Shown here: piece by piece, positions 1 to 12,075 of the stretch
Numbering within the stretch: position 1 is the stretch's first letter
Layout: each line of letters begins with the position of its first letter
Assembly (NCBI RefSeq): GCF_006345805.1
Contig: NC_042999.1
Coordinates: 13,144,001-13,208,000, forward strand
DNA from: Octopus sinensis
Lineage: Eukaryota
DNA: 64,000 nucleotides
Direction of reading: 5' to 3'
The notes under the pieces: model-generated
Database searches by the model: none
What the model saw: only the letters and a program-made list of their open reading frames with translations
Told to the model about the DNA's origin: nothing
Position numbers and translations under genes: made by a program

Positions 1-296
1 TGGGTTTTCATAATTTGCACTTGAATGCTTGTTCATGCATTCAGTCAGTTTATGTGTTGAGATTGTGTGTGTTGGTGCATTGTATTCGTGTTATCTCTGC
101 TACTCTCTCATCGTAAAACTTTACAATTAATTCAGCTTTCCAATTAGAGTTGGTAATTTAACTAATTTCCAGCAAGATTGCTTATAAAAATAGTCACCTA
201 ACAGCTATACATCTACTTCATTTTATGTGTGTGTGTGTGTGTTTATATGTATGCTTGTCATGTGTGTTTGTATGTATGTATGTGTGTGTGTGTGTG

Positions 297-445
297 TTAT
301 TAGCCTTGGAAGATCCTCTCAAATAGGTGTTTGGTGCACAGAAGCACACACATAGGTTGTAGCAGAGAGATTTCACTTGCTACGAGCTGTGCGTGTGCTT
401 TTAGGCACCAAGCACCTGTATGAGAGGATCTCTCGAGGCTAATAA
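297..445. repeat. Imperfect foldback (~68 bp arms), probably a MITE
   Basis: TTATTAGCCTTGGAAGATCCTCTCA...TGAGAGGATCTCTCGAGGCTAATAA; pairing continues almost to the centre. Confidence 0.75.
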
Positions 446-517
446 AGCAGTATTCAGTGTTCTAATAAGGCATCCATGTTTAGTCGGGCATAAAGATTGT
501 CTTTTGGTATTAATACT

Positions 518-750
518 TATTTCTTTATTGCCCACAAGGGGCTAAACACAGAGAGGACAAACAAGGACAGGCAAACGGATTAAGTCGATTACATCGACTC
601 CAATGCATAACTGGTACTTAATTTATCGACCCTGAAAGGACGAAAGGCAAAGTTGACTTCATCGGAATTTGAACTCAGAACGTAGCTGCATACGAAATAC
701 TGCTAAGCATTTCACCCGGTGTGCTAACGTTTCTGCCAGCTTGCCGCCTT
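518..750 (-). mobile_element. SINE-A monomer (tRNA-like head GGCGGCGAGCTGGCAGAAACGTTAGC + 184 bp unit)
   Basis: Matches the many other copies in the window; TSD ttttggtattaatact (502-517) / ttttgatattaatact (749-764). Confidence 0.9.
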
Positions 751-917
751 TTGATATTAATACTGTTTCCATCATACATACATATGTATACACATGCTCT
801 CACACACTTGCGCACACACACGTACATACATACATACATACATATATACATACATACATAGTGTATGTGAATATATATGTGTGTGTGTGTATTCGTATGT
901 ATTCTTTTATTTTTTTT

Positions 918-1378
918 TTTACTTGTTTCAGTCATTTGACCACGGTCGTGCTGGAGCACTGCCTTTACTCAATCAAATTGACCCCAGGACTTATTCTTTG
1001 CAAGCCTAGTACTTATGCTACTGGTTCCCTTTTACAGGTACATAAACACACCAGCATGGAGGCACATGGCCTAGTGGTTAGAGCAGCGGACTCGCGGTCG
1101 AGGGATCGCGGGTTCAAATCTCAGACCGGGCGATGTGTGTGTTTATGAGCAAAACACAGCTCCAGCAGAAGCTAATGGCAAACCTCTGCTGACTCTTTTG
1201 TCACAACTTTCTCTCACTCATTCCTCCTGCATCTTGCAGCTCACCTGCAATGGACCGGAATCCCGTCCAGGTGGGGAACCTATACGCCAAGGAAACTGGG
1301 AAACCGGCCCTTATGAGCCGGGGATGGCTCGAGAAGAAACAAACAAAACTCACCAACATCGGTTGTCAAGCAATGGTG
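918..1378 (-). mobile_element. SINE-B 3' half, split by a nested SINE
   Basis: ttacttgtttcagtcatttgac...caccagcat | insert | caccaacatcggttgtcaagc. Confidence 0.85.
1058..1350 (+). mobile_element. tRNA-headed SINE (C-type head, distinct tail) nested in SINE-B
   Basis: A-box TGGCCTAGTGG, B-box GGTTCAAATC; 9 bp TSD caccagcat (1049-1057) / caccaacat (1351-1359). Confidence 0.85.
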
Positions 1379-1447
1379 ATGTGACATACACCTGTCTTCG
1401 TTTTTTGTTTTTCTATAAATTTCAGCTATATGTATATATAAAAATTA

Positions 1448-1742
1448 GTGTACATTTAAACACAGAAAGGGGTGACCCTTAACAGGCCACCTTACATGCT
1501 AGAAGTAGCAGTCAAACGTCCAAAACAACAGTTAAGGGCAATTTCAAAGGGAATGAAAAATAAAAACTTTTACCATGGTGCCACTAGTAGAAAAAGTTCT
1601 AAAATTTTGCTACCCTATACTATTTTAAGTATATATATGTACATGTATGTATTTGTGTGTCTGTATTTGGACGTTTGACTGCTCCTTCTAGCATGTAAGG
1701 TGGCCTTTTAAGGGTCGCTTCCTTTTGTGTTTGAATGTACAC
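1448..1742. repeat. Inverted repeat, ~77 bp arms (1448-1524 / 1666-1742), ~140 bp spacer
   Basis: gtgtacatttaaacacagaaagg...gtcaaacgtccaaa versus its reverse complement tttggacgtttgac...gaatgtacac. Confidence 0.85.
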
Positions 1743-1913
1743 CATTGCTTGAGCTTGACAACCAATGTTGGTGTGTTTACATCCCCGTAATTTAGCAGTT
1801 CAGCAAAAGAGAATAAGTACTAGGCTTACAAAGAATAAGTCCTGGGGTCGATTTGTTCAATTATAGGCGGTGCTCCAGCATGGCCGCAGTCAGATGACTG
1901 AAACAAGTAAAAG
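1743..1913 (+). mobile_element. SINE-B 3' half
   Basis: gcttgacaacc...ggtgctccagcatggccgcagtc...aagtaaaag. Confidence 0.85.
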
Positions 1914-2240
1914 AAAAAAAAATACATACATACTATTTTTATAGCCATAAATATTTACTTTTTAATGTAATGTGTACTTTTGCAATTGGACATTAAAACG
2001 ATGATGATGATGATGATGAATTATTGCTTTACATTTTATTGAATACTATCAGTATAACCTGGCTTTGCCTGGGATTAAGTTAGGATTATTAAGCTAATCA
2101 ATTTCTTTATTTCAAACCAAACTAAGTAATGTTGACGTCAAATTTGGGTGAAATCCATTGAAATTGCTTTGTGACCACGTGTGTACCGTTGGCGATGTTT
2201 TTTTCCTCTGTCTTCCCTTCTCTGGATCTTTCCTTCTCCT

Positions 2241-2275
2241 GTTTCCGACGAAGAGCTCCGCTCGAAACGTTAAAC
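2241..2275 (+). ncRNA. Minimal type I hammerhead-like motif (U4>C variant) in a probable Penelope-like fragment
   Basis: gttt-CCGACGA-a-gagc tcc gctc-GAAA-C-GTT-aaac; stems I and II pair; stem III is the palindrome AACGTT. Confidence 0.55.
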
Positions 2276-2371
2276 CCTCCTTCTTTCCTTCTTTCCTGAG
2301 CGTCCAATAATACTATATTTGTTCCACGTCCTCACGTTGTTGTGTTTTTTTGTACTTTCTTGTTTGGATTA

Positions 2372-2411
<40 letters not shown>

Positions 2412-3199
2412 GTGCAGCATGGAATTTTGTCAGTGAACAGGTCGCGGTCTCAAAGCGCCGAAAATATTTTTGCAAATTAAATTTAAATTTTGAAGTGAAT
2501 CTAATGGTTTTTGTGTGTTTCTTAAATGGCTTATAAACACCTTCCATGCTGCAATTGTTTTTATTCTAGCACACAATCTCAAATCAGGTCACTTGCTCTG
2601 CAAGTACATCTCTGTAATAAATATATATATATATATATGGGCAACACACACATACACACATGTATATACGTACACCTATTGCATACATGTTTTTTGTATG
2701 CATACATGTTCGTGTGTGTGTTGCCCGTATATCAAAAAGACTCATTTTTTCCTCGATGGAAAAAAACAACAAAAGTATTAACAAAAACTTACTCGTTGCT
2801 AGAAGGGAACTTAACTCCTGTTTGCAAGCAATGGTGATTTCTCCGACTTGAAAATTGTTAAAAGTTTTGGTTGAAAATTAATTTTTACTCCTAATTGCTG
2901 GTGCCTCTGGAGAAAATAAGTTGACGAAAATACAGCTAGGGTCATAACGAATGTTCTCCTAAATTTGGAGCAACATGCGTGCTAATTTGTGGATGTGCAT
3001 AAATTACATTCACGTACACACACACATCCTGCCTTTTATATATATATAGATGTTCACCTGATGTTGATATATTAGCCTATACTAAATTTCATCTAAATAT
3101 GTATGTGCAAGTGTATGCCTGTGCGTATGTATACATACATATATATGTGTATGTAAGTATATATGTATATGTATGACTGTGTGTGTTTGAGTGACTGTG

Positions 3200-3340
3200 T
3201 GGTTGGCGTTAGGAAGGGCATCCAGCTGTAGAAACACTGCCAGATCTGACTGGCCTGGTGCAGCCTTCGGGCTCCCCAGACCCCAGTTGAACCGTCCAAC
3301 CCATGCTAGCATGGAAAGCGGACGTTAAACGATGATGATG
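3200..3340 (+). mobile_element. RTE-clade LINE 3' end fragment
   Basis: ggttggcgttaggaagggcatccagctgtag...gacgttaaacgatgatgatg; same 3' end as the ORF2-bearing copy at 53447-54386. Confidence 0.85.
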
Positions 3341-3377
3341 TATGTATGTTTGAATGACTGTGCATAAATACATATAT

Positions 3378-3669
3378 CACCGTGTTCACCGTGACCGACC
3401 AGGCTATCAGATGTTGCTACATATCGCTGGTCACAATGCGCTTTGCATTGTTTTAGCCTTCAGATGACGCCACCCCGCTGGCTAAGCGAGCAGGCCTACA
3501 GAAGAAAGAGTGAGTGAAAGTTGTGGCAAAAGAGTACTGCAGGGATCACCACCCCCTACCGGAGCCTTGTGGAGCTTTAGGTGTTTTTGCTCAATAAACA
3601 CTCACAACACCTGGTCTGGGAATCGAAACCACGAGACCGCTGCCCTAACCACTGGGCCATTGTGCCTCC
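3378..3669 (-). mobile_element. tRNA-headed SINE (C-type head, third tail type)
   Basis: Head and middle shared with 44899-45274; tail 3378-3505 differs. Confidence 0.8.
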
Positions 3670-3677
3670 ACAAATAT

Positions 3678-3710
<33 letters not shown>

Positions 3711-4020
3711 TCATCATCGTTTAACGTCCGCTTTCCATGCTAGCATAGGTTGGACGATTTGACTGAGGTCTGGCAAACCAGACTTCAATCTTGATCTGGC
3801 AGAGTTTCTACAACTGGATGTCCTTCTTAACGCCAACCACTCCGAGAGTGTAGTGGGTGCTTTTATGTGCCACCGGTATGAGGGCAAGTTAGGTGGTACT
3901 GGCAACGCCCACGCTCAAATGGTGCTTTTTATGTGCCACCTGCACAGGAGCCAATCCGGCGGCACTGGCAACGACCTAGCTGGAATGTTTTTTCACGTGA
4001 CACCAGCACAAGTACTAGTA
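3711..4020 (-). mobile_element. RTE-clade LINE 3' UTR fragment
   Basis: tcatcatcgtttaacgtccgctttccatgctagc..., adjacent to (TA)n. Confidence 0.85.
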
Positions 4021-4279
4021 AGGTGAGACTGTGTATATGTTTATTCATTTTTTAGATATGTATTCATATGTAAATTTATGTCAAAGCAGCAGTGTGGTGA
4101 CATGAGTGTGTGTGTATACACATTTTTCTTAGAGAAGGTATTTTGAAAGGTATGTGTCCTATTTCATATATTGTGACCTGTGTGTATACAAATGCACGTA
4201 TGTATACCTGTATTTGTGTTTGTTCAACTGTTTATTTATGTATGTGCATGTATAGCTATATATATATGTGTGTATGTGT

Positions 4280-4483
4280 GTTTGTTTGTGTGTCTGTGTT
4301 TGTTCCCCTAACATCGCTTGACAACCGATGCTGGTGTGTTTACGTCCCCGTAACTTAGCGGTTCGGGAAAAGAGATCGATAGAATAAATACTAGGTTTAT
4401 AAAGAATAAGTCCTGGGGTCGATTTGCTCGACTAAAGGCGGTGCTCCAGCACGGCCGCAGTCAAATGACTGAAACAAGAAAAG
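4280..4483 (+). mobile_element. SINE-B 3' half
   Basis: tttgtgtgtctgtgtttg...aaatgactgaaacaag. Confidence 0.85.
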
Positions 4484-5022
4484 AGTTGTGTGTGTGTGTA
4501 AATCATTCTCTATATGTATTGTATCTGTACGGGTCGATAAGTTAGTATTTTCATTTAACCATTAGTGCCTGTGAATGCTAAGCAGCACAGGTCAGCGTGC
4601 GTAATATTAGGCATTAGTTCTATTTCTGTATATTTACAAAAAGAGGTATTTATTTACAAGTTAGTCACTCGTAGCTGTGGCGAAGAGAACGTTCTGACTT
4701 AACTTAACAGCCAATGTCAAAGAGTGTAGCGAAGAAATGCTTCTGTGAAATAACAGCGTTTTTTTGTATACGTACGAAAGTGACTGACCTACACACGATG
4801 TCAAACAGTGTATGAAGTGTGCTTCAGTGATGTAATATTTTTTGCATATGTATTCGTGTGCATGTGTATATGTGTATGTGTGTTCAGGTAGATTTTGGGT
4901 CAAAGTTGCATGGTAGGTTAGCACGGTTGTTTTGTATGTGTTGAGGCCCTGTTGGCTTCAGAGGTGGGGCTAAGATTAGATGTTAAAGATTTAGTGGAAT
5001 AAGTACAGTTAATATTTATATT

Positions 5023-5454
5023 GGATCTTTTCGGTTTGAACGGCAGTTTAATAAAAATAATTTCCACATGACTAAACACTTTTAAACTTCGTATACTAGT
5101 AGAATGTGTTTATAAAACATCTTTTCCTCTTGGCTTTATTGAGAAAATTCTATAGTTTGTAAGATATTTGTTATTGTTTTTCTTCAATTTCTGCAATTTC
5201 AACCAATCAATGATGTCTATTGAGGTGAAAACATTCTGTGCCGTATGAATATGTCCCTCGTTTAAGAAACAGATTGGGTTTATTTACATTTCTGAAGGAA
5301 AAAAGATATCTTTCCCCCCACCCCTAACCCTAACTAATCCCAACTAACCCTAAAACAGATTGAAATGCAATAGATCGATACTAGGGTTATAATTATGGGT
5401 GACAATTTCATATGACACTGCTAGAAAAAACTGCCGTTCAAACCGAGAAGATCC
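5023..5454. mobile_element. Non-autonomous DNA transposon, 27 bp TIR, 8 bp TSD (GG termini, Merlin-like)
   Basis: TIR GGATCTTTTCGGTTTGAACGGCAGTTT with 1 mismatch; TSD tttatatt at 5015-5022 and 5455-5462; internal ccctaa motifs. Confidence 0.85.
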
Positions 5455-5464
5455 TTTATATTTA

Positions 5465-5855
5465 TTAGCGGTATCGCCAGGCCTTGCTCGGGTTTGTTTC
5501 GACCCTTTAGAATTGGAATTTTTGAAAAGTAAAAATTTTGCATTATGTAGCTTGTTATTCTCTTTAAGTGAACATTTTTCTGGTTGAAATACACCGAAAA
5601 ATGGCGACACAACAGTAAAAAAATCGTAAAAAAATAGGGATTTTCGTAGAAAAAAAACACCTTTTTGGTGTAAATAATTTTTGGCGTTAACATGGTCCGA
5701 TTTGAATTTTTTCTTCTACAGAAGGAAGAGCAAGCCTTCTTCTATCATACTCTCAATTTTGGTCAACTTGCGCTGCAGGGTCTCTGTGGTGGTAGTGTTA
5801 GTTGAAGGCTACCAAACCTGCCATACACAGACAACTTCAGCTTTATATATATAGA
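5465..5855 (-). mobile_element. Non-autonomous Helitron
   Basis: Minus strand A|TCTATATATATAAAG...cccgagcaaggcctgg...CTAA|T; homologous to 52264-52652. Confidence 0.75.
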
Positions 5856-6557
5856 TTGGTTATTGTGAACGAGTTGACAATAAATGGACATTGGCTGAAA
5901 TGGGGGTTACAGTGTGCAGTTTATGTCACACCCTAATGTTCTGGTTTCAAGTCCAGCTGAAGTCAGTTTTAACATTTATTAAAATAAATACCAGTCATGA
6001 ATTGGTGTTCAAAAGAATAATCACTGTGATGTATTTTTTGTATCAAACAAGTAGACATATGATCAACAGTATTCCCTCCTTGAAATACATCCTTCTCTAA
6101 CACAGTAGAATATGAACTGTGAGATATTTGACTATTATTTTTAGCAGATTGAATGACCATGTAAAAGCTTCCCCCATTTGGCTTGAGTTGTAGTTTTAAA
6201 TAGTGGTAGAAATATTATAAACTATTGCTGTTGTTTTTCGTTGAGGAGACCTTTGCTATGTGTATGGCTAAATGAATTCTTCATAAACCCAAATATTGTG
6301 AGTTTGGATTGGGACTTCTTCACTGCAAACATCTATTATACTCTTGTTTGATGTATAGCAGCATGCTGACATCACTAGCATAGCTAAGGATAGGAATAGT
6401 CCGCCCTAGGTGGAACTTTTAAAGGGGCAGTACTTTTGGGTCTGCTGTAGACAATATGTGACTTTTTGTGGGGTCCAGGGGTGCAAGCAAAAGGGCCACC
6501 ATGGGTGGCACACACTCTAGCAACACTAGTGACTGACATTTATTATATGTTGCATTT

Positions 6558-6790
6558 CTCATTTCTTTATTGCCCACAAGGGGCTACACACAGAAAGGAC
6601 AAACAAGGACAGACAAACGGATTAAGTCGATTATATCAACCCCAGTGTGTAACTGGTACTTATTTAATCGACCCCGAAAGGATGAAAGGCAAAGTCGACC
6701 TCGACAGAATTTGAACTCAGAACGTAGTGGCAGACGGAATACCGCTAAGCATTTCGTCCGGCGTGCTAACGGTTCTGGCAGCTTGCCGCC
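6558..6790 (-). mobile_element. SINE-A monomer
   Basis: 14 bp TSD tatatgttgcattt at 6544-6557 and 6791-6804. Confidence 0.9.
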
Positions 6791-6844
6791 TATATGTTGC
6801 ATTTTATAATACACTGTTCATTGAGTAAGATGCATCTGATATTC

Positions 6845-6992
6845 TTTTCTCCTCTAGGCACAAGGCCCGAAATTTTGGGGGAGGGGGCCAGTCGATTAGA
6901 TCAACCCCAGTATGCTACTGATACTTAATTTATTGACCCCAAAAGGATGAAAGGCAAAGTTAACCTCAGCAGAATTTGAACTCAGAACACAA
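6845..6992 (-). mobile_element. SINE-A with alternative terminal tail, 5'-truncated
   Basis: ggcacaaggcccgaaattttgggggagggggccagtcgattag...gaatttgaactcagaac. Confidence 0.8.
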
Positions 6993-8035
6993 AGACAATG
7001 CATCTGATATGCAGATTAAGTCAAAACCCTTAGAACAGGGATCGGCGAACCAGGATAAATTACCCCAAGTGGGGTAAAAATTAAATTTTTCTGGCTAACG
7101 AGGACTCATTAGTTATAAGTAAAATTACGTAAAAAAAACGTGTTCCTTGTTACAACAGGAATTTTTCTTCTGGCAACACTGCATCTGTCCGATGTAATGG
7201 ATGTGTTTAGGAGACATCATGCCAAATTGATTCAGTAGAACTTTTGAATTCAAACAATCTATGATTTTCTTTCTTTCAAATCAAAGGGTAATGTCGGTGT
7301 AAATAAATATATCTTGGGGTAACTGGTTAAAAGCATTCCACAACCCCTGCCTTAGAAGATGGGAAAAGGTAACCAGTAAACTGCTACAGAAAATTACACC
7401 CTGTACCTCTCAAATTCTGCATTTGTTGTTATTTGTGTCATTAGTCCACAAGGTGAGCTGGATGACTGAAAAGTGGGCCACATTAAGCTTTTAGTGGGCC
7501 ACAGTGACATGCATGTTTTTAACTAAAAGTGATCTGTGCCTTGATTGTGAGTTTCTCGTGATTGCACAAATTTGTCCTCCAAATCTGATATCTTCACCCT
7601 TCTTGGTATTTCTAGAATATTTTGTTCATTTTTGTTTTCTGTTGTTTTTTTTTCTCTTTTTTCTTTCTTTATTTTTCTCAGTGCAACTGGATTAAATTTT
7701 TTCCTTTGATGTTCATTGGCATTTTACCTGTTACACCTTGTTGACACAGGATGAGCTGCAGTCAGTAGTAAACAACACTGTCGTGCATCGCTGACTTTAT
7801 CTCAGTTGGGTCACAATATTGCCATTGGTTACTGGTTTATTAATGGGTCAGTCTTTTGTTCAATGCATTTGTTGTGACAATAAAGGCAAGGGAGTGTCTG
7901 CTACCTGGAGCAGAACAAATATTTCAAGTTAATTTTTTTTCTTTTTGCAAAGGACTATTTTGTCTTGTTTTGTCACTGTCTTTTATATCCTCCACTGATG
8001 AATGACATACAACATACATGTTTGTGTGTGTGTGA

Positions 8036-8350
8036 GCATGGCTTAGTGGTTAGGGCATTCAGCTTGTGACTGCGAGGTCATGAGTTTGAATCCTGGCAGC
8101 ACATTTTGTCCTTGAGCAAGACTCTTTATTTCATGTTGTTCCAGTCCATTTATCTGCCAAAACAGAGTAGTAGCTGTAATTCAAAATGACTAGCCATATC
8201 ATATTCTGTGTCAGGCTGAATCTCCCAGAAAACTACGTTAAGGGTACATGTGTCTGTGGTGTACTCAGCCACTTCAATGTTAAATGTCATGAACAGGCTG
8301 TTCTATAGATCGCATCAACTGGAACCCTTGTCTTTACAACCAACAGAGTG
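8036..8350 (+). mobile_element. tRNA/CORE-like headed SINE with C-type tail
   Basis: gcatggcttagtggttaggg...gtccttgagcaag...aactacgttaagggtaca...actggaaccct. Confidence 0.75.
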
Positions 8351-8380
8351 CCAGTTCATACATACATACACACACACACA

Positions 8381-8440
<60 letters not shown>

Positions 8441-8897
8441 TATATATATATATTATATAGAGAGAGAGAGAGAAATACACACACACACACTTGCCATGCT
8501 GGACCACTGAAATCTACAAGTTGTTTTCATTCTCTCTCTGTTTAGTTTCTCTTATTACTCTCTGTTAAAGAGCATAGGCTCGAAACATAAAGGATTTTTT
8601 TGTTTTCCCAAGCATCAAACTAATACCCATTTTGTTTTTCTATACATTTCAACTATATAGATACACACACACACACACTCATATGTAATTAACCTGGGTA
8701 AAAAACCTTGTAGTGTGCTTCCCAAAACTCCCTTTCAGGTTTCAGCTACCAAACACTGTCATATAGTGGGACTTCTCATATCACTGGACATAAATGCTGA
8801 AACCATAAATATCCTTAAAGTTTGTTCAAAAATATTACCAAGAGAAGACGGATTGAACATGCTTGATTACAATAAAGCATGTATAATCAATCTTTTC

Positions 8898-9096
8898 TTT
8901 TACTTGTTTCAGTCATGTGACAGTGGCCATGCTGGAGCACCACCTTCAGTCGAGCAAATCGACCCCAGGACTTATTCTTTGTAAGCCTAGTACTTATTCT
9001 ATCGGTCTTCTATTGCTGAACCGCTAAGTTACGGGGTAGTAAACACACCAGCATCGGTTGTCAAGCAATGTTGGGGGGACAAACCCAGACACACAA

Positions 9097-9137
<41 letters not shown>

Positions 9138-9303
9138 TACAACGGGCTTCTTTCAGTTTCCATCTACCAAATCCACTCACAAGGCTTTGCTCGGCTCAAG
9201 GCTATAGTAGAAGACACTTGCCCAAGGTGCTACACAGTGGGACCGAACCTGGAACCATGTGGCTGGTAAGCAAGCTACTTACCACACATCCATTCCTACA
9301 CCT
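8898..9303 (-). mobile_element. SINE-B, full length with internal (CA)/(TA) microsatellite
   Basis: Both halves present; tRNA-like head at the right end. Confidence 0.9.
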
Positions 9304-9459
9304 AACTCTTATCAAATCTCTTGATGTTTATACAAAATGATGAAATGAATATTGATTTTCAAAAGAAAAGTATTTTATCATCTTAAGTTAAAATTAAATA
9401 AATCAAATTCCTCATTCGTGTATTTGCAATAAGTATATGTTGAAAATTCATCATTCGAC

Positions 9460-9897
9460 CATGGTCGATGCCAGTGATGCCTGACTGGCTTCTGTACCAG
9501 TAGCACATAAATAGCACCATCCAAGTGTGGTCGATGCCAATGCCACCTGACTGGCTCCCATGCTGGTGGCACATAAAAAGTACCATTTGAGCAGGGTTGT
9601 TGCCAGTGCTCCCGTGCTGGTGGAACATAAAAAGCACCATCCAAGCATGGTCAATGACAGTGCCACCTGACTGACTCCTATACTGGTGGCACATAAAAAG
9701 CACTTGAGCATGGTCGATGCCAGTGCTGCCTGGCCGGCTCCTATGCCAGTGGCCCATAAAAAGCACCATTTGAGCATGGTCTTGGCCAGTTCCGCCTGAC
9801 TGGCCCCCTTGCTGGTGACATAAAAAGTACCCACTACAATCTTGGAGTGATTGGCGTTAGGAAGGCCATCAAGCTATAGTAACTTTGCTACCAGATC
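9460..9897 (+). mobile_element. RTE-clade LINE 3' UTR with ~60 bp degenerate minisatellite (about 6-7 units)
   Basis: Repeated ggtggcacataaaaagcaccat...ggtcgatgccagtg, then cactacaatcttggagtgattggcgttaggaagg. Confidence 0.8.
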
Positions 9898-9934
9898 ACA
9901 TGATTTCAACCTTCCTTGGTCTCATCAGTGATGG
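9888..9934 (-). ncRNA. Type I hammerhead ribozyme motif with complete catalytic core
   Basis: ccatca-CTGATGA-gacc aaggaa ggtt-GAAA-tca tg tga-TC-tggtag; all three stems pair; AUC cleavage triplet. Confidence 0.6.
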
Positions 9935-10176
9935 ACACTCAACTGCTAGAGATAGCAGCAACTCATCTCCCTGCCAGCGATATAGGAAAACAGTACCAGA
10001 ACAGTCACTGGTGTCAGGATTTGCTAATGAGTTTGTTTGCTAGCAATATCAACAAGAATGCATTTTGCACCAAACACCAATACGAAAGTTTCTCTCATGG
10101 TATCTACCACAATATAGTTTGTTCTAACAGACCATCCACATTTAAGGGAGATAAATATTTCCTCTTCTTTCTTCTT

Positions 10177-10380
10177 TTTTATTTGTTTTCAGTCATTTGA
10201 CTGCGGCCATGCTGGAGCACCGCCTTTAGTCGAGACAATCGACCCCAGGACTTATTCTTTGTAAGCCTAGTACTTATTCTATCGGTCTCTCTTGCTGAAC
10301 CACTAAGTGACGGGGTACATAAACACACCAGCATAGGTTGTCAAGCAATGTTGGGGGAACAAACACAGACACACAAACAT

Positions 10381-10445
<65 letters not shown>

Positions 10446-10600
10446 GACGGGCTTCTTTCAGTTTCCATCTACCAAATCCACTCACAAGGCTTTGGTCAGC
10501 CCAAGGCTATAGTAGAAGACACTTACCCAAGGTGCTACACAGTGGGACTGAACCAAGAACCATGTAGCTGGTAAGCAAGCTATTTACCACTCCTGCACCT
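10177..10600 (-). mobile_element. SINE-B, full length
   Basis: Colinear with 8898-9303. Confidence 0.9.
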
Positions 10601-11327
10601 CTATAAAATTTTATTGAGATATGTGAGTTTATATATATATGAAGGACTTCAGCTTCAGTTCCCATTTTATAAATTCTACTCACAGATCATTGGTCAGGCC
10701 AATGCTGGGCAGCAGGATTGAACCTGGAATCACATGTTCATGAAGCGAACTTCTTAATCATACAGCAATGCTTGCAGAAACCCATGCAATCTAACATCGC
10801 TATTGCACATGCAAGCTTAGCATTCTCATTTACTCTGAATAATGTTTGGATTTCTGCATCAGGGTTTAACAGACAAAATCTCAGTCCTGTTAGCTTTCAA
10901 TTGTTCCACTAACCTGGCCTGTGTCAATATCCTCAATATGTGCACAGTTTGACCGTCTGGATTCCCTGCAGTAGCTGCATATCGTCTTTTCTTCTTGGGA
11001 CAATGTATTTCCATTGTTTTTAAAATATTCATGTTCAGTGTAAATAATATTATCATAACATCATACTGTTTCTCTTTACTCATAGTTTAAACAAGATTAT
11101 TGCACTTATCTAATGTTTTTTTCTTTCTGCACCTATTGATCTCTTATTAAAGTCACAATGACATCAGTGTTGGCCATTAAACAGCTGTTGGAGGACATTC
11201 AAACCTTTTCTCAGAGGTTTCAGGGGTCTGAGCAATATTAAAACAAAGTGAACTCACCCTTGGTAGTAAGCAAAAATCACTTTACCTCCTTCATATCAAC
11301 GTTTCACCTCTTTTGTTCCATTTCATA

Positions 11328-11470
11328 TAATGGTGATGATGATAATAATAATGATGATGATAATAATAATAATAATGATGATAATAATAATGATAACAAT
11401 ATTGATAATAATGATAATAATAATATTGACGACGACGACGATAAAAATAATGATAATGATAATAATAATA
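11328..11470. repeat. (AAT)/(GAT)/(GAC) trinucleotide microsatellite
   Basis: Direct inspection. Confidence 0.95.
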
Positions 11471-11471
11471 G

Positions 11472-11692
11472 TCCTTTCTACTAAAGGCACAAGGCCTGAA
11501 ATTTGGTGGAGGGGACTTGTTGATTATTTCAACCCTACTCGCCAGTGTTTCACTGGTACTTTATTTATCGACCCTGAAAGGATGAGAGGCAAAGTCAACC
11601 TCAGTAGAATTTGAGCCCAGAACATAGTGATGGGTGAAATACCACTAAGCACTTCATCCAGCATGCTAATGATTCTGCCAGCTTGCTGCCTT
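11472..11692 (-). mobile_element. SINE-A with alternative tail, flanked by (AAT)n on both sides
   Basis: ggcacaaggcctgaaattt...ttctgccagcttgctgcctt. Confidence 0.85.
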
Positions 11693-11729
11693 AATAATAA
11701 TAATAATAATAATGATAATAATAATAATA

Positions 11730-12075
11730 AATGCCCTGATGCAGTATAAGGCAGTGGTTCTCATGTCTTCTGATCTTAACTGATTAGAAGTGTTATCATG
11801 TACATTGTTTTGTCTTGGTATAAAAGAAGGGCTACAGCAAATATTCTGCTCAATACCACAGATTTGCTTGTCAGTTGCTTGACCATAACCAGTTGAGCAT
11901 GTCCCTTAGTGGCTGACGATATGTGCATCTCTGATCACGGGCAGAAGTAGTGGTGGGGGGCATCATAGCTGTGTATTGAAAGGTATTCATCGGGGTTTGG
12001 ATAATTCACCTTTGGAAACATGGCTGTTTTGCTCATCATCCTTAAACAACCCTTATTCAAGGACCTTTTGAGCGA
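11730..12075 (-). mobile_element. Unclassified retroelement 3' end with (ATT)n tail
   Basis: Reverse complement of 49230-49585; abuts (AAT)n. Confidence 0.7.

Noticed and set aside
1058-1135. tRNA gene (likewise 44899 and 46860)
   Set aside because: A/B boxes are present, but the acceptor stem is incomplete and each runs into a repeated SINE body.
9383-9834. Regularly spaced repeats resembling a CRISPR array or a repeat protein
   Set aside because: The units are degenerate tandem copies in an RTE 3' UTR with no unique spacers; eukaryotic context and no cas genes.
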